From NCBI RefSeq assembly GCF_018977255.1, contig NW_024704742.1, forward strand, positions 23,624,001 through 23,688,000: a DNA stretch of 64,000 bases, written 5' to 3'. A program made the position numbers and the translations under genes. Positions 1 through 13,658 of the stretch are shown piece by piece. The notes under the pieces were generated by a model. That model was not told the DNA's origin and ran no database searches. It was given only the letters and a program-made list of their open reading frames with translations. Position 1 is the first letter of the stretch. Each line of letters begins with the position of its first letter. Source of the stretch: Callorhinchus milii. Taxonomy: Eukaryota.

Positions 1-1229
1 CCTCCTCATCCTCCTTGACATCTGCTGCTTTCGATACCGTTGACCACTCTATCCTCCACCACCTCTCCTCTCACCTCAACCTTCATGGTTCTGTCCTTGA
101 ATGGTTAAGATCGGACCTCTCACATCGTCACCACCTCATCTCCACAAATGGCTTCTCCTCTAGCCCCCACACCTTCTCGTGCGGAGTTCCTCAGGGCTCT
201 GCTCTGGGTCCCCTTCTCTTCAATATCTTCATGCTCCCTCTTGGTGTTATCATCCGCAGACATGGGGTCAACTTCCACATGTATGCAGATGACACCCAAC
301 TCTATCTCCCTGCCTCCACCCTTGACTCCAGGACCACTGCTGTCCTGACAGAATATCTGCCAGACATCACATCCTGGATGAGAGCTAACTTTCTACAGTT
401 GAACGTCAACAAAACCTAGGCTCTCCTGACTGGCTCCCATCAGCATCTCCACACCTCCAACACTAACAGCATCATCATCCAAGGATGCACACTCCACCTT
501 GCTAAGCCAGTCTGGAACCTTGGCATCTTGTTTGACCCTCAACTATCCTTTCTATCCCACATCCGTGCCATGACCCACTCTGCCTTCGCCCACCTCCGCA
601 ACTTCGCCCGGCTCCACCACTGTCTCCCACTGCAGGCTGCCGAAACCCTCATACACACATTCATAATATCCAGGCTCAAATACGCAAACTCCCTGGTTGT
701 CGACCTCCCCAACTCTTCCATCCATAGGCTGCAGAACATCCAGAACTCTGCAGCCGTGTCCTCTCCCACACTAAGCTTCGCAACCCTATCACTCCGATCC
801 TCACTCAACTCCACTGGCTTCCCATCACACAGAGGATACAGTTCAAGATCCTGGTCCTCACTTTCGAAGCACTCCATGGCCTCCCTACCTCTGTGCCTCC
901 TAACCCCCTACCATCCTGCCCGCTCAGTGGGCTCTGGCCTGCTTCAGGTCCCCTGCCTCTCCCACCCAACCATTGGTAAGCAGGGCTTCTGTCACTCTGC
1001 CCCCTCCCACTGGAACTCCATCCCACAGCCCCTGTGCCTCACCCCCTCCCTTGGCTCCTTCAAGACCCGTCTCAAGACCCTCCTCTTCAACTTTACCTTC
1101 ACTTACCCTCCTTCCCCCCTGCCCTCCACCCTCACCGATCCTGACTTCCAGCTCAGGTTCACTGTCTAGCAATTTGCAATGACCTCCTGACGTGAAAGGC
1201 ACTATACAAATGTAATTTTGTTGTTGTTG
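1..1229 (+). mobile_element. L2-clade LINE, 3' part with a disrupted reverse transcriptase
   Basis: Contains AFDTVDH, GVPQGSALGPLLF, YADDTQLY and LQLNVNKT motifs, followed by a stop and frameshifts. Ends in a hairpin tail plus (TTG)n. Confidence 0.93.
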
Positions 1230-2139
1230 GTTTAGAGCAGTATTGGAGGTAGCCCACAAACAGATCATCCCTTATCCGCCAGTCTCTGGATTGGTAATGG
1301 TGTCACATACCAAATACGGTTATATTTTTGATGTCTCATTATACCTCCTGCTCACCATTGGTTGGGACTGTTGCAGCAGATTTTGGAGTTCTACGCATCT
1401 GCAAGTATTTTTTATGTGGTAGTTTCACAGGAACTTCAAAGTGACCATTGGGGAGCAGTTCAGAATCAATTTGCACGCTGCATTAATGCTGCAGTGCAAA
1501 TCGAACTGTTATTGAAACTACCTCCAGGTGTTCTCAGCAGCAGCACTCTCATACAATTCACAAAGGCACAACCCAGACCTAAACTATATTTTTGAGAGGG
1601 AGCTTGATAGTCTATGAGGCACAAAAGTTTCAGTTGAGAATTAATAGCACATCTTCATTACAATCAGGAAGAAAATAATTCATTGTGTGATTTATGAAAA
1701 GTTGTTTAAAAGTATGGTTAGGCTAGGTTTCAAATGTACAAAAAAGTGGATTGGACTTGCTCACGCTTTAAAATACATCACCATTATCAAGACATTTAAA
1801 TCTAGGGGCCCAATATCTGTTATTTACCATAACTGAAAACAATTCCAAAATAAATTTAAAAAAGGCCAATTTCATTATTCTGCAAAATCTGTGCCTATGT
1901 TCTTCCCAATTACAATAATGAAATGGTTCATGCAAGCAAAGGCACTCTCCTGAAGGTTTTGGTCATACTAAAAATTAATTACACAACTAAAATACCAGCT
2001 GACTATCCAAATGCATGGAAAGTTGGAACACGCATAGCATGCAAATTATCAGTGAATTGTCAATCAAAGAGAGATCCAGTGGAATGCTCCACGTACTCTT
2101 ACTTCCCTGTAAGAGTCAAAATAATCAGAGCAATTCACT

Positions 2140-2380
2140 CTAGGAAGACGTAGATAGGGAACAGTAAGGGAATCCAGAACAAAGGGACATAATCTTAACA
2201 CAAGAACTAAATCGGTTAACAGTGCATTGAGTAAATGTTTCTCAACAAAAGTTGTTGAGAATATGAAACTCACTGCCGCATTAGACAATAGATGCAGAAT
2301 TAAATTGGGTTTTAAAAGGGAGGTAGATATCTCCCTTAGAAGTGAGGGCATTAAGGGATATGGAAAAAAGGCTGGAAGTG
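2140..2380 (+). mobile_element. CR1-clade LINE 3' fragment
   Basis: Decayed TRGH..., FKxEVDxxL and GIKGYGKKAG C-terminal CR1 motifs. Boundaries approximate. Confidence 0.7.
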
Positions 2381-2389
2381 CAAGTTAAA

Positions 2390-3215
2390 ACAGCAACAAC
2401 TTGCATGTATATAGCAGCCTCCGTGTGGGTAGCATCTCGGAGAACTTAACAGCTGTGGGGTTTGACGCAAAGCTGGAAAGAAAGGTGACCAAAGGCTGGG
2501 AGTTCCAGAAACGTAGAGCATCGTGGGTGAAAGCACAGTTACCAAAGGAAGAGCAGAGTGGACATGCAGAAGACCTGAAGTAGTTGAACAGAGGCAGCGG
2601 GTAGTGTAGCAGGGTTTGAGAAGATCAGAGAGAAAGGTGCCAGGGCGTGGATTTATTTGAAAATGGGAGTGAGAATCTTGAAATGGATCTGTTCTGCAAC
2701 AGGAAACTAGTGGAGCCTGGTAAGATCTGGGGTGATGGGAGAGTGGTGCCTGGTTCCCGTGCCGAGACATAGGCAGCAGAGCTTTGTATTATTTGGATCT
2801 TGTTTATAGTGGAACTGGGGATGACTGGCAAGTAGTGCATTGGAAAAATTAAAGCAAGAGGTGACAAAAACATGGATGAGGTTTTCAACAGCATTCAAAG
2901 TAAAACAGGATCAAAGGCAGGCGATGTGGAGGAGGTGGTGGAAGGCAGTCCTTGTCATAGATGGGGTAGGAAGGATAATTTGGGATTCGAACTCGACACC
3001 AAGGCTGCGTATAGGTTCAGTCAGTCTGAGGAATAGATGAGGGGAGTCGTTAAAAGAGATCAAAATCACATGTGAGAAGACATTGACAGGAGTCAAGAAG
3101 TGTGACTTCCATCTTGTCCATGTTCAGCTGCAGAAAGTTGGCACTCAACTAGGCAGTAGGACTTGGGTCAGGACGAGAAGGTAGAGGTAGAGCTGCTATT
3201 GATTGAGAAAGGTGT
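2390..3215 (-). mobile_element. L2 LINE 3' fragment (decayed)
   Basis: Minus-strand ORF pieces include ENLIHVFVTSCFNFSNALL and LSDLLKPC...STTSGLL. The (TTG)n-type tail is at 2390. Confidence 0.85.
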
Positions 3216-4034
3216 AGATCAGGCTCAACAAGCCACATTTCGTGCCTTTTGTTTGCCATCACTATGGCATTCAACTCTAACTTCAAGACAATACTATTTT
3301 ATTCAAACTGGCCCTGTTGGCTCATTCATCTTTTACAATGCACACTGCCATAAGAGAAAATGGTCCCACTTTTGATGCAGTATATGGTTAGATATGCATA
3401 GACTCTAGATTTACACAAAAAATGTAGTGGTATAGATTATTCCTTAAAATAATTATTGCAAAAAATATTCCAATAATAATAACATAGGGGAAGTATTATT
3501 GTTTATTATATTATACGGCTTCAGAATGATAGCTATTCTATATGTATGTATTTTCAAAATACAATTTATTTTGTTGCAAGTGGCTGTATCAGTAGAATGT
3601 TTGGTCTGAATTGTTCACTGTCCGTGCAGACAGTAATCATGCTTGCATGCTTAAATAGCTCATACATCAACACAAAACACTGACTAAAGCAAATTCATTG
3701 CATACAGAGAAAGCAATAATAGTAGCAAATGAATATTTTACCAATTTACCGGTATCTAAGAATTAAGAATGGTGATGTTCTAAAGTATACTAAACAATAT
3801 AATTTAGGCAAGTTAGATTTTCTTTAGTTTTATAATTTTAGCAATCCCTATGTGTGTGGCCATCACTTGAAAAAACACAGATTTATTCAAAACCTTCCAA
3901 CACCTTGAGCCAGAGCCATATAACTAAGGCAGAGATATGGGTGTTTTAACTGCAATAACATTGTAAAATAAACACAAGACTAACATATCCAAAAACTGTA
4001 AGAAACTAGAGAACTCTTTCTTCAAAGCTTTTAA

Positions 4035-4650
4035 ATGCTGACTATACAAAATTGTATGGAAAAGGGGAATGGTGCAGAAGTGTCAGGAAAGCCACCATGC
4101 ATTAATGAGTGCAATGTAGCTGTGGGAGGAGTGAATTACAGTGACAAACAGCTTAGCTACTACAAAGATGGCAGGAAATCTATCAAACTGTACAATAAAA
4201 TTGCAATTGAGTTTCTTTGGCTTTTTATAGGAAATTCACAGATCTTGATGTGTAGCACTACAAAGCCTCTCAAATTGTGTGGCCTCAGTTGGCTGTCAAG
4301 AGATCGCTCTTTTTCATTAGAGATCTGGGGGAAGGGGAAAGGTAAAATAGAACCTAAGAAACAGAATTACTTTAACCTTCCCCTTTACGTTAAATGTTTC
4401 AAGCACAAGCCATAAAGGGAAATAAGACTTCTATTCCATGAAAGAAAGACAAGAAATGGTAATCTCTTTAGAAAGGCTCTGACTAAGCAGTATTTGCACA
4501 AAATAGGCTGTGTAGAGGGTTCTACAAACAACTGAGAAGTAGTGGAATAGGACATCATTTGGCAAATGGAAGATGCTGCACTAATCCCCTCCCAAGTAAT
4601 TAAGGATTGCACATTTCTGAGGCGATAAGTAGTTTTGCCTCATCTGACCA
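4035..4650 (+). mobile_element. Fossil piggyBac (PGBD4-like) transposase C-terminal fragment
   Basis: KPPCINECNVAVGGVNYSDKQLSYYKDGRKSIKLYNKIAI matches the piggyBac pattern KP..I..YN..MGGVD..DQ..SYY...RK..KWYKK. Frameshifted Cys-rich remnants follow (LCRGFYKQL..., FCLI). Confidence 0.75.
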
Positions 4651-4845
4651 CTCCTAAAGTATTATACTTATAGCACATATTTCTGGAGTCTAATAAAATA
4701 ATTTCACATCATAACATCAATCACCGTCTTATCTAATGTCTACATTATGTCTGATTAAAGGTAAATCACTATATCCTACCAAATACGAAGTTCAAACAAA
4801 ATAAATCCTGTAAGAAAATCTGTACAGATACAAAAAACAATTTTA

Positions 4846-4986
4846 TAATACTTGCATTTGATATAGTGCCTTATCACGTCATTGAGTTGTCTCAAAGTAC
4901 TTCACAGAATATATTGTAAAGTGAATTAACCGTGTATTTTATGGACAAAAAGCAGCAGCCAATTTTGTACAGTGGTGTCCCACAGT
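4846..4986 (-). mobile_element. SINE 3' half (L2-type tail, (ATT)n end)
   Basis: Matches the 3' half of the full-length copies at 19831 and 55289. Confidence 0.8.
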
Positions 4987-5012
4987 TTAATATGGGAATG
5001 GAAAAATACTGA

Positions 5013-5200
5013 TAACAACAACAACTTGGATTTATATAGCGCCCTCCACGCCGGACAGCGTCTCAGAGCGCTTCACAGTAACGGATCCCGGGGCCGAGCC
5101 AGGGGGAGGGGGAGGAAGGTGACCAAAGGCGCGGTCAAAAAGAAAGGTCTTCAGCAGAGACCTGAAAATGGAAAGGGAGGGAGCGAGACGAAGGGAAGGG
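5013..5200 (-). mobile_element. L2 LINE 3' end, tail type B
   Basis: Encodes PSLSIFRSLLKTFLFDRAF, then the tail AGCGCTCTGAGACGCTGTCCGGCGTGGAGGGCGCT...(GTT)n. Confidence 0.85.
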
Positions 5201-5759
5201 AAAAAGTTAAACATTCAAATAACTATTTTTTAAAAAATAGGGAATAAAGATTAATGTCAACTAAACTCAATTAAAGATGCTATGAATATCCTAGTTATGC
5301 ATGCTGTAGATGCACAAATACTGAAATTCAACTGCTAACATGCGCATTTTAGTTACCTAAAAATTGTATTTACATCTATTGTAAATTTTATTTACATGAC
5401 CTAAAAGTTCTTTATTTAAAATGATTCGAGTCCCCTGTCACCAAAATGATTCACTCTCTAGTCCTTGGCATAATTCCAGAGATAGACGGATACATACACA
5501 CTTATACACATGCTGTCGCTAATATTAGCAAAGGATAAATCAATCCCAGCAGTGATACAAAGCTCAATAACACCCACCTCCAAACAACAGGAGACCATTA
5601 GGTGATTGTAGCCAACATTTGTGGCACTTGTGTGGCTGCAAATCCTGAGTTTGGAGTTGGCCAGCAAAATAAATCTACATGGTACTGACACTTTTGTGAT
5701 TTGGGTTACAAGTTAGCCCAAGAGACTGATGGAATAAAGTCTGTCTCTACGGGTCATAC

Positions 5760-6175
5760 GTATCAGTTGGTTACTATCTTGCTCCGAATCAGAAGAGTGA
5801 GATTTAATGCCACAAACGAGTGCATAAATTCATAAAACTAGCTGATATTCCAATGTAATACTGAAGGAACATTCCATGGCTGAAGTCCTGCACTTCCAGA
5901 AGAGACTTTAAACCAAAGATCCATTTGCCAGTTATGGTGAATGTTGAAGATACTATTGGATGGACTATGTCAAAGGAGCAGGGAGTTCCTCTTGCTGCCT
6001 GGAAAATATTCCTACTTCCCCCAAATTCACCAATTAATTATATATTTTATTGTCCTTTGAGGTATGTTGACGGCAAGAAATTAACATTTGAGTTTTTTTT
6101 AAAAAAGTAATTACAATTCAAAGTCACAATATGTGAAGTTTTGAGACATTTTGAAGTGATAGGTCTATTGTAATT
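5760..6175 (+). mobile_element. Old Deu-domain-type SINE
   Basis: Degenerate match to the copy at 28385-28775 (ttaaaccaa...ggtgaatgttgaaga...gagcagggagttc...cctgg). Boundaries approximate. Confidence 0.55.
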
Positions 6176-6969
6176 TTTTTTTTACATGAAATGAACCTGT
6201 CTCATCCTTCTTACAAGTAAGGATAGGCCAAATTGACAAAACTGCCTCAGTTTAACATCCCACCCACATTTTTTTCTAAATTATAACAAACACAAAAGTT
6301 TACTGTGTGCAACCGGAAAGTAACATTGGTGAATGGTGAACAGCCATTGCATAAATTATTATTTTTTCAGTTCAATTTGTACAGCCTAAATTTTCTCAGC
6401 TTGAAAAAAATCTAATATCTGTAACCTTCTGGTACATTATCTCCTTTCATTTTCACCCAACCTTACATCTGTATTAATCGAAAAATTCTTTGTTAAGAAT
6501 TTAACAAAACATATACGCCTCCTTGTGGCCTAGAAAAGTATAACCAGAAAACTCTTACCGTAACTTTCACTGGAACCTTTAGTAATTTACTATTTTAGGA
6601 AGAACAAAAATATTTATAATGTAAGGATCAACTAAAGTTAACATTAGATGGACAATTTTTTTTTAAAAAAGCTTCCCAAGAAATACCCAATTGCAGTGTT
6701 TCAAGTATGTTGAAATTATATTAGCTGGATAACGAACAAATTATATTTGTATAGCACCTTTCACATCAGAAAAAAAATGAGATTTGTCATTTTATGCTTC
6801 TGTAATGAGCTAACAAAATAAATATTATACACATCATAAGCTTGGTGAAATTACCACTTTTAAGATTTTTACGTAATGCAGCTGTTCAAATAGAATGTAA
6901 ATCAAAAAAAAGGAAATATCCAAAATGAATTAGGAAGCACTTCAGAAGTGTAAGGGATCCAGAACTTAC

Positions 6970-7162
6970 CTTAGAGTGTGTAATTGAAAGCGTATCCACC
7001 CAGACACGCCAACCACCCCATTCATATTTAACTGCATGGTAAAGCAATATCCGGAAGATAGCATAGACCATTTCAGTTATTTTCTGTTCTTCAGAATTCT
7101 TAGGACTGACATAGCAAAGAGACAACATCCATTCTTGCCATACTGAACACTGCAGCAAACTC
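6970..7162 (-). CDS. LRBA: LRBA coding exon (193 nt; last exon in the window, ~human exon 22)
   Basis: Encodes [64 protein letters not shown]. Acceptor ttgcag, donor gtaagt. AVKYEWGG and SITHSK are LRBA-type rather than NBEA-type (from recall). Confidence 0.97.
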
Positions 7163-9689
7163 CTGCAATACAACCACAGTTAGATTTCTGTGAATTTTGG
7201 CAATGCAGTATTAAGGCAATGCAAATTATTAAATACATAGAGTAGATAGAGAACAGTCACATTTGATACGATTATTCATGAGTAAGACTGGCTTCTAGAA
7301 TGCAGACAAAAGGTAGAAATTACCTTACAAGTGGCATGAATATTATTTTGAACACTTCAAAAAGTAATATTAACAATATGCTAAATGTGCTGATTCTAAA
7401 ATACTTAAAAATAATTTATTAGCTTCATGGAAGGTATAATATCTTGGCATTCTGTAGCTTCTCGACATCGGTAAAATGGCCACTATAATATGGCTCTTTT
7501 GGATGAACTTTTCATTGAAATACAAGAGGATTACACAATATTTTGTATTTGCTAGGAACATAGAAATGATTACTGTCCTATTATCAAATGCCATACATCT
7601 TTAATGTAAAATATAGTAATAAACCTTACTTTTGATATAGCGCCTTTCACATCACAAACACTTCACAGGATGTAGTAAAATGTAGTGACTGTGACACTTC
7701 TAAAGGCTTCCTCTAAAATAACTGCTCCATACAAGGTGTGGAAGTTAGGCATTCGGAATGGTCTGAAATCTATTTTCAATTTTAAATAATTCAGTCCAAC
7801 AAAGCTGAAGCTCAAATATACACAGTACAAACCAAGAATTGTAACCCCAGGAACATTCTGGGAGAAATTACACCCAGGTTTCCTCTATTTATTTTAGTAT
7901 TCCAGAGGACTAGATTTTGATAAATTCTTAAATCCTGTCTTAATTTTGAAGCCAGTTTTCTGCAAGTTTTTTTTAAGTACAAAATAAACACCACAAAGTT
8001 AAAGCTGAATTCAACAATTTGACAAATTCTGGATGCTTTGAAGAAATATGAATTGAAATAACCCATTAAGTTAAACATGGGACTAAAACTTCACAGTATA
8101 TTCTGTGAAGCGCTTTGAGACGTCAACTCTCTCAAGACTCAATGACATTCTTCAGGTGTCAACTTACAAGAGTACAGCAAAAACTCCGCCTCCTACAAAT
8201 TGTTTGTTTCAGATATATACAAATAAAATGCCTTTATCTTATGATGCAAAAAACGGATATCCATTGAAAAATGGCATATCTATCGCTGTGTAAAAAAAGT
8301 AGTCGCTCACCCACATGGACACAAAATGCCAGAGAAAGGATGGTGAAGCAGGGAGTTGTGGAATCACGTGAGCTGCTCAACATTGCATTAGCAAGCACGA
8401 GGAGAGTTGGGCCAGCAAGAGTCTACAATCGGGCCCGCAAAAATTTTTGGCCTGTGGAAATTTTTTTGGGGGAGTTTTGAGCCCAGTCCAGCGAGGGTCG
8501 AATTCTGCAAACCCTCCCGACTTTCAAGGATTCACTGGATAAGCGAACAAACTCCTGCCCCATGTGTAGGATATGATTTATATCATAGTGAATATAATAA
8601 CCCAAAACAACTAAATACTACTGACCATTTGACCAGAGTCAAAAAAATCTTCAGAGTTCTGTCCCAGAAGTTTATTTGGCAGGTTTACCGCCAGGGATTG
8701 GAGCCAAGCAGACTCAAGGGCAATCAAAGTGAAGCCCAAAGTGCTGAGGATTGGATTATGTATAGCTATTAGTGTCATACAGCTGGAGAAGAAGCAGAAT
8801 TGAAATTGGCGGTATGTGAAAGGCTTTGTTTTTAAAACATATTGTTCTAAATTTCTAATTCTTAAACACTAAACCTTCCCTTCTCCAATAAATTTTAAAC
8901 CTTCAGAGCTGTTACAGATCACCGTTACATATTCCAGTTTAGTGGAGTGGGCAATCTAGAACATATTTGACTGTCATGTTAAGTTGTGAGGAAGTCAGAG
9001 TAGCTTTGCATAAGAAAACTAGGCTGAGAAGAGTACATTTCCCAACTTTGTATCAAATGGGAACGAATAATCCAGCGAAAGTTCAGATAAGTGGTTAAAC
9101 TCACCTGGCCACTACATTTTCTTTTACACAAAAAAGTGCAATTTAAGAATTTTTAAGTTTAATTTTAAAAATAGTATCTTGAAAGTGATATTCTTTAGGC
9201 CGAACAAATAAAATTAATGAAACTAGACTATAAGTTATTTGCTGTTAGAACAGTATGAAACAAGTCACAATATAATTAAGGAATAAGGGAAATATTCTTG
9301 GGAGACGTAAACGGAGCAAAACTAGTAGTATTTGTAGCTCATTAACCAATAAGCAAGATAGATCTAAGATAGATCTACATGTCAAGCAGTAGGATACATG
9401 TCAAGCAGCTTCGATACAAAATAATTTCCTGAAGAAGTCTATTAAAATTCTATACCAATCCAAAATGTCACTGGAACCTCAGCTTGATATTTAAGAGCAA
9501 TATAAGACTCCAAAGTATTGAAGAACTAGAAACATAATTTGGTTCTCTAATTAGTAATTAAACTAATAACTATTTTGTAAATTCAAACATGTTTTAACTT
9601 TACAAATATAGATGGGTTAGTTTTAATTACTCGCATCCTAGTTACAAATTTCAGCTAAGTGTCTTAATTTCCATTTACAATAAACTCAC

Positions 9690-9813
9690 CGCCGGTTTTC
9701 TCTGCTGCTGTTGAAGAGTTTGATCATATCGGACAGAAAAACACGGCGAACCTCAGTAGTTTCTGGAATCTGAGGCGAACCCCTCAACAGTGTTGCAATC
9801 ACTTTTAGGATTT
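9690..9813 (-). CDS. LRBA: LRBA coding exon (124 nt)
   Basis: Encodes (Q)ILKVIATLLRGSPQIPETTEVRRVFLSDMIKLFNSSRENR(R). Acceptor ttacag, donor gtgagt. Confidence 0.97.
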
Positions 9814-10465
9814 CTGTAAAGAAAGAAATCACAATATAAATGCCCAAAGTGATACAATGTTCACAAGGTTGTATTTTTTTTAAATATTAGATTTTGCAGC
9901 TAATATTATCTTTATTCCCTACGACAGTAATTTTAGAATATCACAGAATGTGTAGGAACCTCTTGTACTGATCCTTTTGCGTATCCACAGTCTACAACTT
10001 TGCTAGGTTAGAAAAAGTGTCGACTGTTTGGACATGCAATAAGATTATTAGCAATACAAATCTATTTTTAAGCCTGAATATAATTTAGATTTTCTTGAAT
10101 AACAGTTGCCGTACCAATCTTCATCAAGTTATAAATGGTGGATTGTTAAATTACAACAAAATATTTTGCACTCAAGTTCTGCCCTAAAAGAAGCAGAAAG
10201 AGGCAGTAAGGGAACAAGAGTAAAACAATCCAAAAACTAGATGGAATGGACCCTACTTCTTGAATCATATAAATTCACAGCTACTGAAATCACAGACCAT
10301 CCTTTTACTTGAGGATAGGGAATGGGAGGCTGTGGAGAAAAGTACAGAATTGAAGGTAGCAAAATATTTAGCTAGGGAATGATTATTTCTAAAGTATTAT
10401 TCAAAAGCAATCTTGCTATAATGTCAATTGAAAACATAAGCAGAATTACAGACTGGGTGGTGATT

Positions 10466-10975
10466 AACAACAACAAAATTACATTTGTATAGCGCTTTCA
10501 CGTCTAGAGGACGTCCCAAGGCGCCGGACAATCAGTGTTTCGGACCCCAGCTGAGGTAGGTGGGAGCAAGGCCGCGGAGGGCTTTGAAGGTGAGGACCAG
10601 GATCTTGAACTGTATCCTCTGTATGATGGGAAGCCAGTGGAGTTGGGCGAGGATGGGGGTGATAGGGTCATGGAGCCTGGACCCGGAGAGGACATGGGCT
10701 GCAGAGTTCTGGATGATCCTCAGCCTTTGGAGGGAGGAGTTGAGGAGGCCGACAAGCAGTGAGTGAGATGCAAAGTCAAGCCTGGATGTGATGAATGCGT
10801 GTACGAAGGTCTTAGCAGCCTGCGGTGTGAGACAGTGGTGGAGCCGGGCGAGCGGGTCATGGCACGAATGTAGGGTAGAAAGGATAGTTAAGGGTCAAAC
10901 AAGACACCAAGGTTCCGAACCAGCTCAGTGAGGTGGAATGTGCATTCTTGGCTGGAGATGCATTCAGTGCCTGGA
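10466..10975 (-). mobile_element. L2 LINE 3' fragment with internal deletion
   Basis: Similar to 500-900 (AAKTFVHAFITSRLDF, LQRIQFKILVLTFKALRGLAP), joined directly to a type-A tail. Confidence 0.88.
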
Positions 10976-11708
10976 ATTAACTCAATTCTTTTCACTTCTG
11001 AGACCTATATGCAAATCTAAGTGCATCCTCATCATAGTATGAAATAAATCAATTCCTACTGGGTGACAGCAAACTGTTCAAAACTGCACATTTTCCAAAT
11101 GGACACTAAATTGGCAGCCCTAGAGAAGCCATAATGACTGCGGATGTGGACACAGAAATGTCATACTTCTAATAGCAAGGGTGCTCTTGAGATTGGGGTT
11201 AAGACATTTTTCAAGTCGTAAAGAAACTTTACCATTACCTAATTTATCCTACACCCAAGTAACTGATAGATACTGACTCTGTGTGCAAGAAAACTGTATA
11301 TTCCGAGAGAAGAAAAAGGGAATTCAAAAGGAAATAGCTTTCCTATTTTACAAACTGCTGCTAATTTTGAAGCATTGCAGAAACTACATGAAGTGGAGGT
11401 GGCAGGGGAAGAAACAGAAGACATCGATGCCCCATTTTTAAAATCTAGATCAAGCCTCTCAGGACCAGACACCAATCCAGGACTTCATTGCTTATGGGTT
11501 AGTCACCTCATTTACAAATGCAGGTGTTTCAAGAGAAAATATCTTTAAACAGTTGCTGAATTGGAATACGTCTACCCAGTGAAAACAGAAGCAACTGTGC
11601 TCACAACTTAAACAAAATTTAAATCAAGACTACAAGAACGGATGTGCATCAAAAACATGTTTACTCCATAATTGATTTTAATACTTTTGAAAAATAAGCA
11701 TAACTTAC

Positions 11709-11790
11709 GAGGATTTTGTATCTTTACTGATGAATCTGGATCAGGATGCTGTTTATGCACAACCTGGGTACAAATCTGTTCTGTCAAAAT
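11709..11790 (-). CDS. LRBA: LRBA coding exon (82 nt)
   Basis: Encodes ILTEQICTQVVHKQHPDPDSSVKIQNP(Q). Acceptor tttcag, donor gtaagt. Confidence 0.97.
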
Positions 11791-13203
11791 CTGAAAGATA
11801 ATTTTTTTTACAAAAATTGGTAATGAAACAAAGTAATAGATTATAGATTCATTTTACAATATTATTTGTGACTATAGCAGTAAAATAATTAAAATTTAAA
11901 ACTGCAGTTTGGGAAACATTCCAAACACAGTACTTTCAATTAACACTAAACCTATCAAATTGTTTTTAAACAAATTCATTGCCATGCCATCTCTTGCACA
12001 TATTAGAGCAGGTTTCAGAGCAAGTCCTCTGCCATCTCAATCATAGTTGTGATGCAAGGAAAAGAAAAAATATCTAAAACTGAAGTTTAAGAAAGAAAGA
12101 ACCAGAAAAGTAATTGAATGATTAATTGTGTTAAACAAACCTAAAACATCAGGCAATGAATTGAATAGTTTGCAAATTCAGAGCAAAATACAACATGGAA
12201 GTAGTGCAGTTTCAAGAGCAAAGAATCAAGATTTGGAATACGACAGGAAATTAAGCCTCCCACATACTTTGTTGATATAGACAATTGTTTAGACATGCAC
12301 AACACATAAATCTGGAACATGTGTAGATTTCAAGTATATATTTCATTCTTGAACCAAACTTTCTACCTAATATAACATTTAATAATGTGGCAATTTCCTT
12401 GCAACCACAACTCAATTGGAACATTTTCAAGGTACTTTAGCTATGCACACTCTTGGCACAAAATTGATCTAGGACATTGGCTTGTGCGCTTAAAAAGTGC
12501 AGAGTGAGAAGCATCTCAATCCCCAGCAGCAACAAATTCTGACAATAAACCAGGCTGCTCCATCATCACAGCACCATGGAGAAATTCGGACACATTTGGT
12601 TCAAGTACCAGATCACCCAGATCACAAAAGAGGACTGACTCAATTCCAATCTAATACTTGCATTTCAAATGATGCCTTTTGTCCAGAGGTGTATGGATTG
12701 TGGATTTTCTAGGCAGGCTTAGCTAATTTACACACCATATAGAATTTATACCTAGGAAACTAGGCCAACTCTAAATTAGATCCCTAATATTTCAGCTCCC
12801 CTCCACCCACCCCCATCCCCACGACATGGAGCCAAGTTACTTAATTAGTCAAGAGGCTAGGTTATACATTCATCATTCCCTAATAAAACAACCAAAATCT
12901 TGCATGAATGCTGCAGGAAGGAAATAATAATCCAAATATAATAACTACATGGCCACCCAACTGCAATTTACAAAGGGAAATCTTCCACAGGAGGCCAACT
13001 TGTAGAAACTATGATCCAACTGAATAAATCTGGGTGAAATATGAAACACAGAACCCATCTGTAATAAAATATGTCTGCTTAACTACAAAATCTGACTATA
13101 TGTGTGTTATGTGAAACATTCGCAAAACTAGTTAAAATGAATATGGCATAATACTCAAAAGATAAAGTTTCTACATTATTAAAACAGACTGCTTGATGCT
13201 TAC

Positions 13204-13312
13204 CTCATATAAGACATTGTACGTGGTCATGGTAATCATGTTCGTGTGCAACAACAACCTTTCTGCCAGCAAGGAGAATAATCCATGTCCAAGCATGACT
13301 TCGGTCTTACGT
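13204..13312 (-). CDS. LRBA: LRBA coding exon (109 nt)
   Basis: Encodes RKTEVMLGHGLFSLLAERLLLHTNMITMTTYNVLYE. Acceptor ctacag, donor gtaagc. Confidence 0.97.
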
Positions 13313-13565
13313 CTGTAGAAAGCAGTACAGTTTCAATAGCCTGAAAAGTTACTCAATATTCAATTTAAGATCATGACTTGAAAATGAATGATATGCAGCT
13401 CAAGTAATTTTGCTCTCATAAATGAAATGCAGGATTTTTCTCCACTATGTTAGACTTTCATCCTAAAATGCCCAAATTTGTTAATTCTCACAACAGTTTG
13501 GATGAACAATGTCACCTGCAAAAAGAATTACCAAACAAGAGGAAATGTATTATTTTATTTCTTAC

Positions 13566-13658
13566 TTTGGAGCAAGATGCTTCAGAAAATACCCCATCAC
13601 TTTTAAAGCTTGTACTCTTATTCCTTCACTTTTTGAAGCCAAAAGTTTATAGATGATC
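13566..13658 (-). CDS. LRBA: LRBA coding exon (93 nt)
   Basis: Encodes IIYKLLASKSEGIRVQALKVMGYFLKHLAP(K). Acceptor ttccag, donor gtaaga. Confidence 0.97.

Noticed and set aside
1344..1480. Possible further LRBA exon (IDSELLPNGHFEVPVKLPHKK..., minus strand)
   Set aside because: It has no similarity to the expected next exon (VTFE.HKENL...), no phase-compatible acceptor and only a weak donor.
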